Notes: generated by a model not told the origin, from the sequence alone. DNA of 64,000 nucleotides from Hydrolagus affinis (GCA_012026655.1 JAAILG010001376.1:1-64000); one strand, 5' to 3'. Shown: positions 11,540 to 24,178, counted from the first letter of the stretch. Translations and numbers: made by a program.

Positions 11540-11815
11540 TGTAAGCCTGACTCAGTTTGTAGCACTGTCTGGGTTGGAAGATTGTAAGCGCTTAAAGACG
11601 ATAGCCAGAACAAAGGATAAAATATAAATATAATATAAGTTGTTGTTGATGTGGTTCAGGCCCCATGACAGAACTTTAAGCTGATAATCTAGTTAACACT
11701 CTAATATTGTACTGGGAGAACCTCCATTGTAAGAGGAGCCGGCCTTCAGAAAGCTATTAAACTAAAGTCCTGTTTGCCTGTTTAGGTGAACGTTACAATC
11801 CCAAGGCATCTTCAC
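11540..11815 (+). mobile_element. Older DeuSINE 5' part
   Basis: agcctgactcagtttgtagcac...ggttcaggcccc...cctgtttgcctgtttaggtgaacg. Confidence 0.6.
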
Positions 11816-12240
11816 ATGGGAATATTCTTGTGTCTCGATTGCAATGCCCACACTCTCCTTGGAGGGATGCATCCTGCTTACCTAATTGCAGAGAATATTT
11901 GGCTTCGACTGACAGGGTCCAAGGCTCGGGGACCGTTGCAGTTTAACAGCTGAAATCGCATAGCTTGCAATTGAGAGAGCTACTTGTCTAGGTAGGACAC
12001 CCTACCCATGATTTGAATGGAAAAAATCCTTCCTACTGGTGACAAAACAGCTAGTCTGATTCATCAGCAGGACTGGTCTGTCAGCAGTGCCCTGGAGTAA
12101 TGTGGATTCACCTGGTTTAGAAATTTGAGGACCAAGACTGTCACAGAAGATTGACTCTATTCCAACATTATGTTGGCAAGAATGCTACCTTGGAGTCAGC
12201 TCAACTTCAAGCTGAAGCTCTCTCCCCACCCCCCTCTTCA
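11816..12240 (+). mobile_element. Unclassified repeat family X fragment
   Basis: ctctccttggagggatgcatcctgctta is identical to the 58180 region; also ctggtctgtcagcagtgccctggagta. Confidence 0.65.
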
Positions 12241-12527
12241 CTGCTTCCAGGAGGAGTCTGAATAATCTTCAGATCTTAAGGGTGAAATATTCTCCTGTTA
12301 TAATAATAATATTCCTTGTAATTGATATGGCTTTGGGACTCTTTCCTACATGAAAGATGCTACACAACTTTTATTATATTTATATAATGCCTTATCACAT
12401 CATCGAAACAATTGAAAGTGCTTCACGGGATTTTACTGCAAAATGTAGTAACTGTCTATTTTTTAGGCAAAGCAGCAGCTAACTTTTGTAAACCTCCTAA
12501 ACCTATTGATATGACTGGTTTTAAGGG

Positions 12528-13203
12528 ACAACAACAATAACAAAATTACATTTATAGAGCGCCTTTTACGTCGGGAGGACGTCCCAAAGTGCTGAACAGT
12601 CAGGTCGGGACCTGAGTACGGGGGGAAGGGTCGGGGTAGGGGAAGGGGAAGGAGAGTAGGAGAGGTGGGAGAGTTAGGAGGGGAGCAGAAGGCACGGTTG
12701 AAGAGGAAGGTCTTGAGACCGGTCTTGAAGCAGGAAAGAGAGGAAGTGAGAGCAGAGAGGCTGAAAGCCCGGCCACCGATGGTGAGGTGGTTAGGGCGCT
12801 GGACGTGGAGCAAGCCAGAGCCTGCTGAGCGGAGGGGACAGGCAGGCTAATAGGGAGACAGCAGGTCGGAGAGATAGGCGGGGGCCAGGCTGTAAATGGC
12901 CTTGAAAGTGAGGACAAGGATCTTGAATTCGATCCTCTGGGGGATGGGGAGCCAGTGGAGATGGGCGAGGGTGGGAGTGATGTGGTCATGGAGCCTGGTG
13001 CGGGAGAGTACACGAGCTGCAGAGTTCTGAATGATCTGCAGCCTGTGAAGGGAGGAACTAGGAGGCCGACGAGGAGAGAGTTCCCATAGTCGAGCCTGGA
13101 AGTGATAAAGACGTGGATGAGAGTTTCGGCGGCTTGGGGGGTTGAGATAGTGGCGGAGTCTGGCAATATTGCGGAGGTGGCGGAAGGCTGTACTGGTCAT
13201 GGA
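12528..13203 (-). mobile_element. L2 (LINE2) 3' fragment: frameshifted RT C-terminus, 3'UTR and (TTG)n tail
   Basis: Translations TAFRHLRNIARLR / AAETLIHVFITSRLDYGNSLL / LHRLQIIQNSAARVL..HITPTLAHLHWLPIPQRIEFKIL are hallmark L2-clade ORF2 motifs. Confidence 0.95.
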
Positions 13204-13474
13204 GCAGATATAAGGAAGAACACACTTGAACCTCATTTTCCACATGATAATTTTCACAACTGTTTACCACATTTGTCCCTCCTACATGTAAAGTAACACT
13301 AATTTTTAAACCAACATGTAATTAGTTAGAAGTGGGAGCTACCACCAAGAGCGAATGTTTATAAATAAATGGCTGAAGATGAATTTGAAAAATATCCATA
13401 ATTAATTAGTGTTTTTTTTTAAACAATTGTTTTGATGTTTGTAATTTTGACAACATTGAATAATCAATCAATTA

Positions 13475-13530
13475 TTGGAAACAGTACCTTGGCATCGTAG
13501 GTGCACACAGTGTTTCCTGAAATACAATAT
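13475..13530. repeat. 56-bp direct repeat, copy 2
   Basis: ttggaaacagtaccttggcatcgta...gaaatacaatat. Confidence 0.9.
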
Positions 13531-14009
13531 TCAGTTTCATTGAGATAGATAGAGCATGAAGTGTTTCTGAGTTGCTCAAATGAATGATGGGGTGCACTGG
13601 GTTTCTCATTGACCTGTTTGTGATCATTATTTTGAAACAATGCTTCGGCAAGTTAGAGACGCTATTCTGTACTATTTACCATCCAGCAGACATTTCAGCT
13701 GCCACGGCCTTGAAAGCTCAAATAGAAGATTAGTTTACATGGTTTTATTTTCAAATAAAATTAGAATCAAGTTAAGAAATATTTCTGGATGGGATACACG
13801 GGAAAAAATGATCAACAAAGTGCTTTGTTTAGCAAAGATATCTGGATTTTAGATACCATGCAACTGGTTTGCATAACTGGGTTTACCAGGAAGAAAATCG
13901 AGTACTATAATACTTTTTCCATTTCCCCTTTGTTCAAAGTTTTCTATTCTTAACCATATCTGTTGAGTGAGAAGCCGTTCAATCCTTGAATGTCACAGGA
14001 ATTATTTTT

Positions 14010-14305
14010 TAGTCAGTCTGTCTGTCGGAGGTGCTGTCCTCCATATCAGATATTAAACCAAAGTCCAATCTGCCTGTTCAGGTTGATGTTAAAGATCCCA
14101 TGGCTCTATTCAAAAGGAGTTACTTCTGGTGTCCTGGCCAACAATTCCCTTAATAAAATCGGTTGTTTGTTTCATACTTCTTCGTGGGACATCGCTGTGT
14201 GAAATTGGGCTGCCACATTCACTTAGTCTTTCCAGTTCATAGTAAATCTTGTGAAGCGCTTTGAGACACCTTCAGTCGTGAAATGCTCTATAGCAAATGT
14301 AAAAG
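14010..14305 (+). mobile_element. Older DeuSINE, 5'-truncated
   Basis: tgtcggaggtgctgtcc..cctgttcaggttgatgttaaagatcccatggc..ggtgtcctggccaacaattccc, then Deu core and tail. Confidence 0.8.
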
Positions 14306-15147
14306 CTGATTAACATTATTAATAATAATGTATTGTACATTGTTTTTTCCCTAACTTCTGAGATTCACCAGATGAGACAGTCAAAAGTAGGTTCAGACAA
14401 ATCTAGAGCATGAGCATTGAGTGCACAATTCACAAAGTGAGATATTTCCTGCATTGGTCCCAGAGTTCTGCCCAAACTACTGACAAACCTTAAAAGTACT
14501 GTATTTTCTGTTCTGGAAAAAATTGTAGACAGTGTGGGGGAGTACAGGTGTATAGTAATGAGCTACCTCTTGTCAGGCAGTAATTTGTTTTATTCAGAGA
14601 TCTCAGTGAAGGGTCAAGGCACTACTAAGGTTGAAACGTAGTAGACAGATCGAGGCAACACTTTGCATTTATTTAGCTGCTTTCAGGTTGAGAAAAGGAT
14701 TGGGGACCGCTTTACTGAATGAGATTAATTAGAAATGAAATGAATGTGGTTCTGTTGGCAAATGAGACAGCCAATTTGTCCCAGCAAAATCCCAGCAACA
14801 ACAATGAGAAGAGAAGCCAATTAATTTGAGTTTGGGGTGAATTTAGATGAGGAAGGAATAGGAGCCAGATAACCTGGAGAAAACTGTGCGTTTCTTTGAA
14901 ATAGCAGCAAGCGGCACTTAAATTAATAGCTGAATGCAAAAAAATGGATAATGATCTGGAAATAAATAATAAATCAACTTGTGATTAGTTGATGCCAGCT
15001 TGTGTTTTAAAAGTCTGTCGATATTATGAGCAAAGGAAGTAAGAGGTTCCACAGTCCTGAAGCCTTAACAAAGAATACAAGATACAGTACAGATAACAGG
15101 GTTTTGAATTCAACAGTTCATGGATATGGATATAGAAAATAATAATT

Positions 15148-15471
15148 ATTATAATAATCCTTCCATTTGATTTTGTTGTTGTTGATGAAGCACTTTTCAC
15201 GTCTTCTAGACATCTCAAAGTACTTCACAGAATATACTGTAAAGTTAATTGAATGTCTTTATGTGGGTGAAACACAGCAGCCAATTACGCACAGCTGTGT
15301 CCCACAAACAGTCATGGATTGAAATAACCAATTTATTTTTGCTTTTTTTTAAGGGATTATTTTCAGGTGTGTGGAGTAAGGAAACTTGCCCAAGGTTTCG
15401 CCTTGCGTGGAATTGAACCCAGGTCTTTCGCTTTTAAGGTGAGTGCTCTAACCGCTGAGCTACAGGACTCC
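15148..15471 (-). mobile_element. SINE2-1_CM-like SINE, full length
   Basis: Head ggagtcctgtagctcagcggttagagcactcacc..gggttcaattcc, Deu core, (TTA)n tail. Confidence 0.92.
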
Positions 15472-15709
15472 GAAGGAGAGGTACCAGAATGATATGGGAG
15501 GAATATTCTTTTGCCAATGTGGGCTCTACGTAGGGAGTTATGAGTTTTTCGGGGGATTATAAGTGTTTGGCCAAAATAGAGAACCGAGATTCTTGGAGGC
15601 TGATTTCACAATGAAGGAGATGCACAAATCTCATCTGAGATCAGACAAGATGAAAGACAACGAATAATAATATAAGGAGAAATGCTAAGAGTGAAGCCCT
15701 CAATGATAG

Positions 15710-15854
15710 ACAAAACACAAGATATTACAGCTGCTGGGAATCTGAAACAAAAACAGAAGTTGCTGGGGAAACTCAGCAGGTCAGGCAGCATCCATGGAGA
15801 AAGGAAAAAGAGTCAACGTTTCAGGTCTATAACCCTTTGTCAGAACTTCGTTTT
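15710..15854 (-). mobile_element. Short Penelope-type element with degenerate hammerhead motif
   Basis: Minus strand agttctgacaaagggttatagacctgaaacgttgact...gatgctgcctgacctgctgag. Flanked by the imperfect direct repeat ccctca(a/g)tga(t/a)ag at 15697 and 15855. Confidence 0.75.
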
Positions 15855-15867
15855 CCCTCAGTGAAAG

Positions 15868-16078
15868 GTGAGTAGTGCTGCACCATCAAAGGTAATCAGC
15901 AACATCTCTAAGTCACGTGCCATCCTGACTTTCTGACAGACATATATATCACCTTTCCTTCAACTGCTCTGGGTCAAAATCCCTACCTTTCACAATCATC
16001 ACAAGGACTGCTGTGTTGCAAAAAAAAGTTCCGCCACCATGTCTCAGAAGAACTAGAGATAGACAATGAATGCTAGTG
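15868..16078 (+). mobile_element. Degenerate LINE 3' fragment (CR1-like)
   Basis: ccatcctgactt..tatatatcacctttccttca..ctgggtcaaaatcc..ggactgc..ccaccatgtctc, recalled as a shark CR1-type 3' region. Confidence 0.5.
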
Positions 16079-17419
16079 CTGCATTAGAATGACCATTTGT
16101 CTGATGTTTAGAGTGGACTTCTATTGCATCAATAGGACTTTTAAGAAATCCTGTTAAGAAAACCCTCAAATTGCCTTGCTGTATACTCTTTTTCTGAAAA
16201 TACATTTAGAGAAATACATATTTAAGTAATCCTTTGTACCTTGAGATCCATGACAAATCCCAAACTGTTCTCCGATACAACACCATGTGATGCGGAAATC
16301 TCAGTAGGAACAAAACAGTAGTGGTTATTCTAACAAATGCATCATGCATTTTTAATAGAGTTACAATGCGGATCCTTGTAGCAATTCCATACTCTGTTCC
16401 TACCCTCCCAATTATTTTAATCACATTTGTGCTTAGTTGAGTCTGATTAATCTTGCATCATGCTCACATGGCAGATATATATAATTAGTAGCTGCTCAAG
16501 TTCAAGAGGCAAAGGGTCATCTTTTGCAAGGCAATGTTATACAGAACTCCACAAACCAGAATATTTGTAGGAAATCACCCGACTTACATAAACAACAGGA
16601 ATGCAAAGATGCAGAAAAGTGCTGTCTTTGTTCTCTGTGCCTTTGACCTAGGTCAATACATATCTACTTAGCTCTTATCCTCAATTCCTAAACATCTCTC
16701 CATCTACTTGGATCACTGTTTCCATTGTATATCTTTTAAATCACTATTTGGCCTAGTAAATTCATGTTTGCTTCCTGACCCACAGACCATAAGATTTAAT
16801 ATATTTTTATTTGTATTATATGCCATATGTGTTTTAACTGAGTAAAACCCTCATGTTGCTAATGGTTATTCATTAACAGAAAGAACTTGCAATTGTGTGT
16901 GTCCAGTCAATTTGAGCTACAATATCAATAACTCAGAATTTTGATCATTCATGTTATGAAGCATAGGAATCTATTGATATCTTAAAAGCACTCTAGTGGG
17001 GTCACTAGTGGGAGACATCAGCTCAAAACCATGATCAGCTAAGCAAAATTCTCATAACTGATTGCTATATAGCAAATTGGATGGAGAAAACTCAAACATT
17101 ATGGTCGCTTTTTCTAGCAGCCACAAACATTGACATTGCTAGAGCTCTCTTCAATAGTTATGTGATGACCAGTGTGATGGAATCTTATATTCAGACTGTT
17201 ACAATTAAATTATTAAGTTAAGATTATTTTTTAGACCTGATTATTAAGGTCTAAATAATAACCTTAACTTAATAATTTTTTTTTTTTCAAAATAAATTGG
17301 TGGTGTTAATTGTGAATTTTTTGGGGGAAAAATTTGACCATTATGAAATTTGACCGAGATCTTTATCTGGGATTTAGAAATGTTCACAGGCACACTGTAT
17401 ATGTGGAGAGATGCACCAT

Positions 17420-17935
17420 ATAGCATGGTGTACAGCCATGCTGGTTAGGAAAGTCCTGGGTTCAGTCACACAAATGAAGCGAGTTAGTTGAGTCAGCTGA
17501 TGGGGCCAGTTTAGTGGTACATTTAGTAGTTAGCGCATTGAATGGAGCTCGGTGGAATTGTCACAAATCCCCTCAATACCATCTACAGTATATGGTGAAG
17601 TCTGTGAAACTGAGCTTGTGCATTGAAGATTTATAACCACCACTGTCGGTTAGGCAGGATATTGGCTTTTTAGTAAACAAATCCCCCAAAGTCTGTTAAC
17701 TGATACAAAAACAGAAGTTGCTGGGGAAACTCAGCAGGTCAAGCAGCATCCATGAAGAAAGGAAAAAGAGTCAACGTTTCGGGTCTACAATCTTTCGTCA
17801 CAACTGTTAACTGCTAGTTGACCGTGAAAAGTCAATATCCACAAACTGGAATTGCAGTGTCGTGAGCCTGGCTTCACAGACTTTCACCTTGGGAGTGGAG
17901 TTGACTATTTCTAAGCCATTTCATGCACTAAATAT
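17420..17935 (+). mobile_element. Ancient SINE-like element ending in ccatttcatgcactaaat, interrupted by a Penelope-type insertion
   Basis: The 3' ~50 bp recur at 18531-18582; the 5' part resembles the family Y head. Confidence 0.45.
17703..17803 (-). mobile_element. Short Penelope-type element with hammerhead motif and 10-bp TSD
   Basis: ctgttaactg occurs at 17693-17702 and 17804-17813; the body is nearly identical to 15745-15847. Confidence 0.8.
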
Positions 17936-18198
17936 CAAATGGATTTGAACTGATCCTAGGCCACTTCAGATGGCAGGATTTGTATAACTGTGTGTTGGTG
18001 GGTGGGGGGGGTGCAATGTGACCAGCCTAAAAGCTCCTGGTTTAGGCAGGGAAAAGGTTCTCACTCCTGATCACTATGTGGCCATCAGTTCTCATGGTCT
18101 TAGTCTTAGAGCATCGCCCTTTCAACGTTAAGACTGTTGGGTTTTATAAAATTCTTGGATATAGGTTTGATTTAGAAACTTTTTTTTGTAGTGTGCTT

Positions 18199-18280
18199 TA
18201 GAACATATACATAAGAACATAAGAAATAGGAGCAGGAGTAGGCCATTCGGGCGCTCGAGCCTGTCCTGCCATTCAATAAT
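18199..18280 (-). mobile_element. CR1 extreme 3' end
   Basis: acataagaacataagaaataggagcaggagtaggccattcgg..ctcgagcctg. Confidence 0.85.
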
Positions 18281-19872
18281 TTAATTTAAAATGATAAGAA
18301 TATGGTCTTCATGCTAAGATTAGGAGAAATAGAGGGCCTCTGGTGAAGACCGGTCAGGCTTGAATGTAGTAACTCCCACAGTCTGTCAGCTCATTCACAC
18401 TAACTACCCATAATCACATGTACAGTATAGAAAAGTAAGTCGGGCAACAACAACAACATATTACATTTGCATAGCAACTTTCACGTTGGGAGGATGTCTC
18501 AAAGATCTGATTCTAGTGTCACGTTCCTAATTTCACCTTGAGAGTGGAGATGGCTCTTTTGAAGCCATTTCATGCACTAAATAATGGTCAGGATAACAGG
18601 GGCTTCCAGGCCGAGGCACCTTCAAGGGAGGAGCAGAAGAAATTGGAAGCGGGGAGATGGGAGATGACGTCAGAGGTGACATACCTATACCTGGCCAGGT
18701 GAGATAAAGTGCTGATGTGTGCCTGACCTCTACTGTGCTAACATGTCGGTTTGCATGTGGTTCCCACTCAGTGAGTAATACAAGGTGGGAAGCAGAGGAC
18801 AGAGGAGTCCCTAGCGAGAGAGAAACTGTTGAAATAAGCCACACTGTAGCTGCATGTGGTATGAAAGAATGCAAAGGCAGGGAAGGAAAACAAGGACAAA
18901 GATAAACATTAATGCGGAGACAAACTATGGCTCAGTGTGAAGTGAATGGACATTTCCAAATTGGCGTGCAGGTTTTCACAAAACGTCTATTCCACTTTAT
19001 CCAGTGAATAGAACAGTGACCTTTTCACTTGAATATTGATGGGGTTCCATATACCCAAAGTTAATCATTGACAGTTGCTATTGCTGCAGACCTCTTTGCT
19101 AACCAGAGGACGTTAATTGTACAGAAGCTGAAGACTGCTCACAATGGTGCTCAAGTTGATCAAACTAACTTAAAAGTCCTTTTTTAAAAAAAACTTAAGG
19201 ATCAATTTCCATAATTATGCCATAAGCAAAATGAAGGTTGGCAACTTCAGGAATCCCTTGCTAAGATCCAAATGTCAATCACTGATATCCCACAGCTCTA
19301 ACCCCTCTCTCCCCCCACCACCCCCACCCCCACCACCACCACATACTCAGACCCACAGGTCATAAGGTTTAAAACCTTATCCGCTAAGATATGCTTTTGA
19401 GGTTCATTGAGTCCAAATGTAAAGGAAAGACGTTGACAGTATTGTCCTCTCTTGACCGCTGCAGTGCAGACGGTAGCAGTTCAAAGCAGATGGAATATTA
19501 CTTATCAATAGATTTTTGGACTTTTGCTTGACGTGTTTAGCTATGCTGGCTTGATGTGTAAATGTTGTGAGTGCTGCATGAGGAAATGTGCTGCTACCCT
19601 AGAGATTTCAGCAGCATGTGTGGTATAGATATCTTATTCTGTTCCATCTGGAGCATTCACACTAGGGAATTGGGGCCCAGGTAAAACATTTACTCCTTGA
19701 GCTCCCCATCCCTCCCGCTCCAGTTTATTCATCAACTGCTAATTCCGTTCTGTATCAAAAATGCATTAAACTGCATCTCATCCATTTGTTTCTGCTTCCA
19801 CACTGCTGTTTAAAAAAACATGTTGTGTTGTTGGTGAAAATATAACACTCATTATTATCTTGATGTAAATAT

Positions 19873-20170
19873 AATTATAATCCTTGCATTCGATGTAACA
19901 TCTTTCATGATGGGAAGACATCGCAAAGCACTTCACAGGAGTTACTGTGACTTCATACAAGTGACTGTGTATTTTGTTGGCAACTATGGCAGTCAATTTG
20001 CTCATAGCAGTGTCCCAGACACAGCCATGAAGTGAATGACCAATTTTATTTTTGGGATTGTTGACCAGGATACTGCGAGAAACTCCCTTCTTTTTTCGAG
20101 TAGTGCTTTGGATATTTATAATCCACATGAACAGGTAGATGGGATCTTGTTTAATATATCATCCAAAGGA
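19873..20170 (-). mobile_element. Older DeuSINE
   Basis: Tail, Deu core and tgttgaccaggatac..gagaaactccc body in reverse. Confidence 0.8.
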
Positions 20171-20658
20171 GGGAGATATAAAGCAGTGAGGTATTGGCAC
20201 ATCAGAAGGTTTGGGGTGTATAGAATCATTGAATTTTCAGCACAGAAGTAGACCATTTAGACTCATCAACAACAACAACAATAAAATTACACTTGTATAG
20301 TGCCTTTCATGTCAGGAGGACGTCCCAAGGACAGTCAATTGCATTATGGGTTGAATGGTTCCTGAAAGGAAAATCTGTTTTATTTTACTTCCCTGACCTT
20401 TCCCTATTTTGTTTTCAAATGTTTAATTTCCTCACAAAAATATAATTCCAGGTTTGCACTGTAGGATTGTGATCAGCAGTGGGAAAACCTTGTTGGGTAT
20501 TTTTCCCTTCCCTGTTCTTGGTCCTGCAGTTAAGATCAGCTAACTCTGAAGCAGCCCAGGAAATCTAAAATCTTTTTGCAGACCCAAATTTATCATAGCC
20601 TTAGCCTTAAGACTATTGTACTAAAATATAAGATCATGAAGAATTGTGGATTTTTAAA

Positions 20659-20763
20659 TTGTATTCTGACGAAGGGTTGTGGACCGAAAACGTTGACTCA
20701 CTTTTCCTTTCTCCATAGAAACTGCCTGACCTGCTGAGTGTTCCCAGCAATTTCTGTTTTTGT
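20659..20763 (+). mobile_element. Short Penelope-type element with 15-bp TSD
   Basis: ttgtggatttttaaa occurs at 20644-20658 and 20764-20778; body ctgacgaagggttgtggaccgaaaacgttgact...ctgcctgacctgctgag. Confidence 0.8.
20663..20698 (+). ncRNA. Minimal type I hammerhead-ribozyme-like motif
   Basis: CUGACGA core, GGUU/GACC stem II, GAAA, palindromic ACGU, then GACU. Confidence 0.55.
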
Positions 20764-20992
20764 TTGTGGATTTTTAAAATTCAGATGTAATTTTGTTTGT
20801 TCTTGAATCATCTTCAGACAAATTAAGACAAAAATTAAAACTTGTTCAATTCTTAGTTGCACAATCTTGAAATTTAAGACAATACTTTTAAAGCTACGAG
20901 AGATTTCAGATCTCCTGACTGAATGGCTCAGTTCCATACAAGGTGCATTCACCCACTGACTTGAGAATCTACAATCATTATGTTTAATGTTA

Positions 20993-21173
20993 CAATAATA
21001 AAATTGGTCATTTCAATCCATGTCTGTTTGTGGGGCACTGCTATGTGCAATTGGCTGCCGTGTACAAATATTTGTACAAACAATTCACTTTACAGTACAT
21101 TCTGTGAAGTGCTTTGAGACGTCTAGAAGATATGAAAAGTGCTATATCAAATGCAAGGATTATTATTATTATT
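20993..21173 (+). mobile_element. SINE2-type 3' half
   Basis: aaattggtcatttcaatccatg, Deu core, aaatgcaagga(TTA)n. Confidence 0.88.
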
Positions 21174-22297
21174 AAATTGACTAGAATTGTTAGGCAGTTT
21201 TTTGCTCACTCAAATATTCTTTGTTGTGGCTCTGCGATTAAATATAGAATGCTTATACTTATATTACTCTTTCACTCCATGTGGAGCAATGACAATGCAG
21301 GCCTGAATGCACAGAATATAAAAGCAAGAGCTTTGGCTTTAAGTATTAGAACAAATGGCTAAAGGGTTGACATCATGTGGAGTACCAAGGTATAGCCTGA
21401 GGGAGGGAGGGAGGGAGAGGGAGGAGAGGCGAGTGGAGGAGCTCATTATTTATTCTCCTTTGGTAAATCCACTTGGTTATTTAAACTCCTGCTGCTGCTA
21501 CAAAAAGCCATTACAGCTCTGCCTTTGGCCTCATGTGTGGTGTAAAGCTATATATTTTCTGTACTGGGACTTGCTGTTTCCATGTGTCCACATGGGTCCT
21601 GTAGTAGTTCTTGTAACCCAATGTTAACTAGCATGTAAGTGCATGGAAAGCTAATAAACCATCCCAGTCACTGAAAGCCGAATTAGCCATTCACAGATGT
21701 TGCAGAGTTATGAGATAATTTTGGGAAGTGAATGGGGTGAAAAGGTTGGATTTGTTACAGAGAGGAGTACCCATGGAGGTCCTTTGCTGTGAACAAACCT
21801 ATGACTTCATTACCATGTCAATCCTGGGAAAAGAACCCCTGACTCAGCTTAGCAGTTGTTTTGCATCCATATGGAGCTGATGAGCCTGTGAATGAATGGT
21901 GAATGGGGTAACTGCTGGAATCTGCTTGCAGCTTTGTTCTCTGGATGGCAAATGAAAGAGCCTTTGGAGCAGTTTTGTACAGATGGTGACAATAGGATGA
22001 AACGTGTAAAACCCATCCTTGCAGTCACCCCTTCTGTCTATCTGTTATCTGCTTTTCTTTCTTTCCTTTGATCTTTTTTTGTGTGTAAGCTTGCTTTCGC
22101 TGCTTCTTTCTCATTTATCTGTACTGTTGAAGCAATTTTGTTACTTTATCTCTTTTGGGGGGGTAAATGTTTAAAATAACAATTTTCATCAAAATGTTTG
22201 ACACCTGCTGTTTTTCCACAGGAATAGTATTACCCTACTAGAAATCTATATGAAGTGTGTTCGAGATCCATTCAGCTAGTACTTTGTTTGTGAAATT

Positions 22298-22518
22298 AGC
22301 TGTTTGTTGGGACATTGTTGTGTGCAAATTGGCAGCTGCATTCGGCTGCATAAATTTATCTAAGTAGATTTATTTTTTATAAATATAAAAACAATATATA
22401 AATATGTGCTATAGATACAGTCACTGTAATTTACAGTAAATCCTGTGAAGCTATTTGAGATTTTCTCCTGATGTGAAAGTCGCTAAATCAAATGAAAGCA
22501 TTATTACTATTATTAATA
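22298..22518 (+). mobile_element. DeuSINE 3' part
   Basis: gggacattgttgtgtgcaaattggcagctgc..cctgtgaagctatttgaga. Confidence 0.7.
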
Positions 22519-24178
22519 AGAAGGATGTCGGCAAAATTGAAATAATAATTACCACAATTAACTGTCAGGTACAACAGTGAGAAACAACTTCGCCATGTTA
22601 ATAATGTAATCATTTACAGAGCATTAGCCGACTAGATGGTGAAATGGTTAGTTGTACATGAGTATTAATTGGTCATTCACCTAACAGCTATTTGTGGCAT
22701 TTTGCAGGTGTAAATAGTCACTAAGCTCACTAAAAAAGTTATCTTGCTCGGTTGTTAATACTTGTGAAATGCTTTTGGGCAATTTGTTGTATGCAAAGCT
22801 GCAAGTTCCTTCAATCTGTTGACAACAGAATGTACAATGAGACTGTAGAGCTCTAATGTCTTGGTGTTGATTTGTTTTCAGTGTTAAATATAGTGTTGTC
22901 TGTTTTATTGTTAAATCAATGTAAGTTAATTGCAGATATAAAGTATGACTGTTCTAATATAAAATCACCAATGAAACCTAGAATTAAGAGTGAAAACTGG
23001 ACTAAATTAGAAATGACAAAATTTTAGTGTTACTTTAACCAGTGCTGAAAATGTCCAATTGAGGGACATTAAGACATTTGGAATAGTTCCCTTTGCACAT
23101 ACTCACAGAAAAATATTTTACTCCACTGACTGCTTTTCTGAACAGGAATGCATTTGCACCCACGAGAACTTACAAAGAGTAATGAGGTGATTTACCGATT
23201 AATTTACAGGAGCGTGAGGTTGACATCTTTAACACCCACCTGTTCAGGCAGATGGGTTATTATAATGTCTCATCCGAAAGATGGCACCACTGACAATGCA
23301 ACACTCCCCAGCATTGCACTGACGTGTCAATCTCTAGGCTATGAGGATAAAATTAGTGCTCAGCGGGCACCCCAGAAAACAATAATTGTATTTGATAAAG
23401 CACCTCATAACGCCATTGAAGCCTCTCAAAGCGGTTCACTGGATTCACTATAAAGTTTGACTTCATATTTTGTGGGCAAAATAAATGATAAGTAGAAAAA
23501 CACCTAACCCAATGTTAATGTTGTAAACATTTGCAAGAACAGACCAGTTTTACATATTTCATGGGATAATAACCTCTGCTAAGAGAAAGTCAAAGGCTAG
23601 TATATCCTATACTTGAACTTTCTGATTTAAATTTACGCAATGAAGTGTAAGTTTAACACTTACTTTGCAAGTTTATGCCCTGACTTAGCTTACAGCCCTG
23701 AGGCATGAGTGTGACCAACTGAGCTGAATGGACATTAGCTAAATATACTGTGATTTAAAAAACTAATATCATCTGCTAACAATTTTAGCTTACGCCGTAC
23801 CTAAGGAGTATTGTGTTTGATGGCCAATTATCCACACTGTTTTTGTATCCACAAACTGAGGCAGTTCCAATTTATAAATTGCTTCTCTAGTGTAGGAAAC
23901 CTTTATTGGGATTTAATGAATATCATAAATACTCATTGAATGAGCTGACCTTCACTACTCACTTGCAAATGTATCAATGTTTTGAAATTAAAGCACAGTT
24001 ACAATGATAAAGTGTACAAAGTGAATTATCCATTGTCTTTACGTGATAATTGGCATCGTTGAGTTTTTGGGGTTATCTCTGAGCAGAGAAAAGCTGATGG
24101 CTCAGGAAACACCATCTTGGATTTATATATTGCCCCTCACACCGGGTTGTGCCTCAGAACGCTAGGCTTCATTTTAAA

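Noticed and set aside
12600-13257. 188-aa and 136-aa ORFs as host genes
   Set aside because: They are frameshifted pieces of L2 ORF2, as are the ORFs at 43401-44479.
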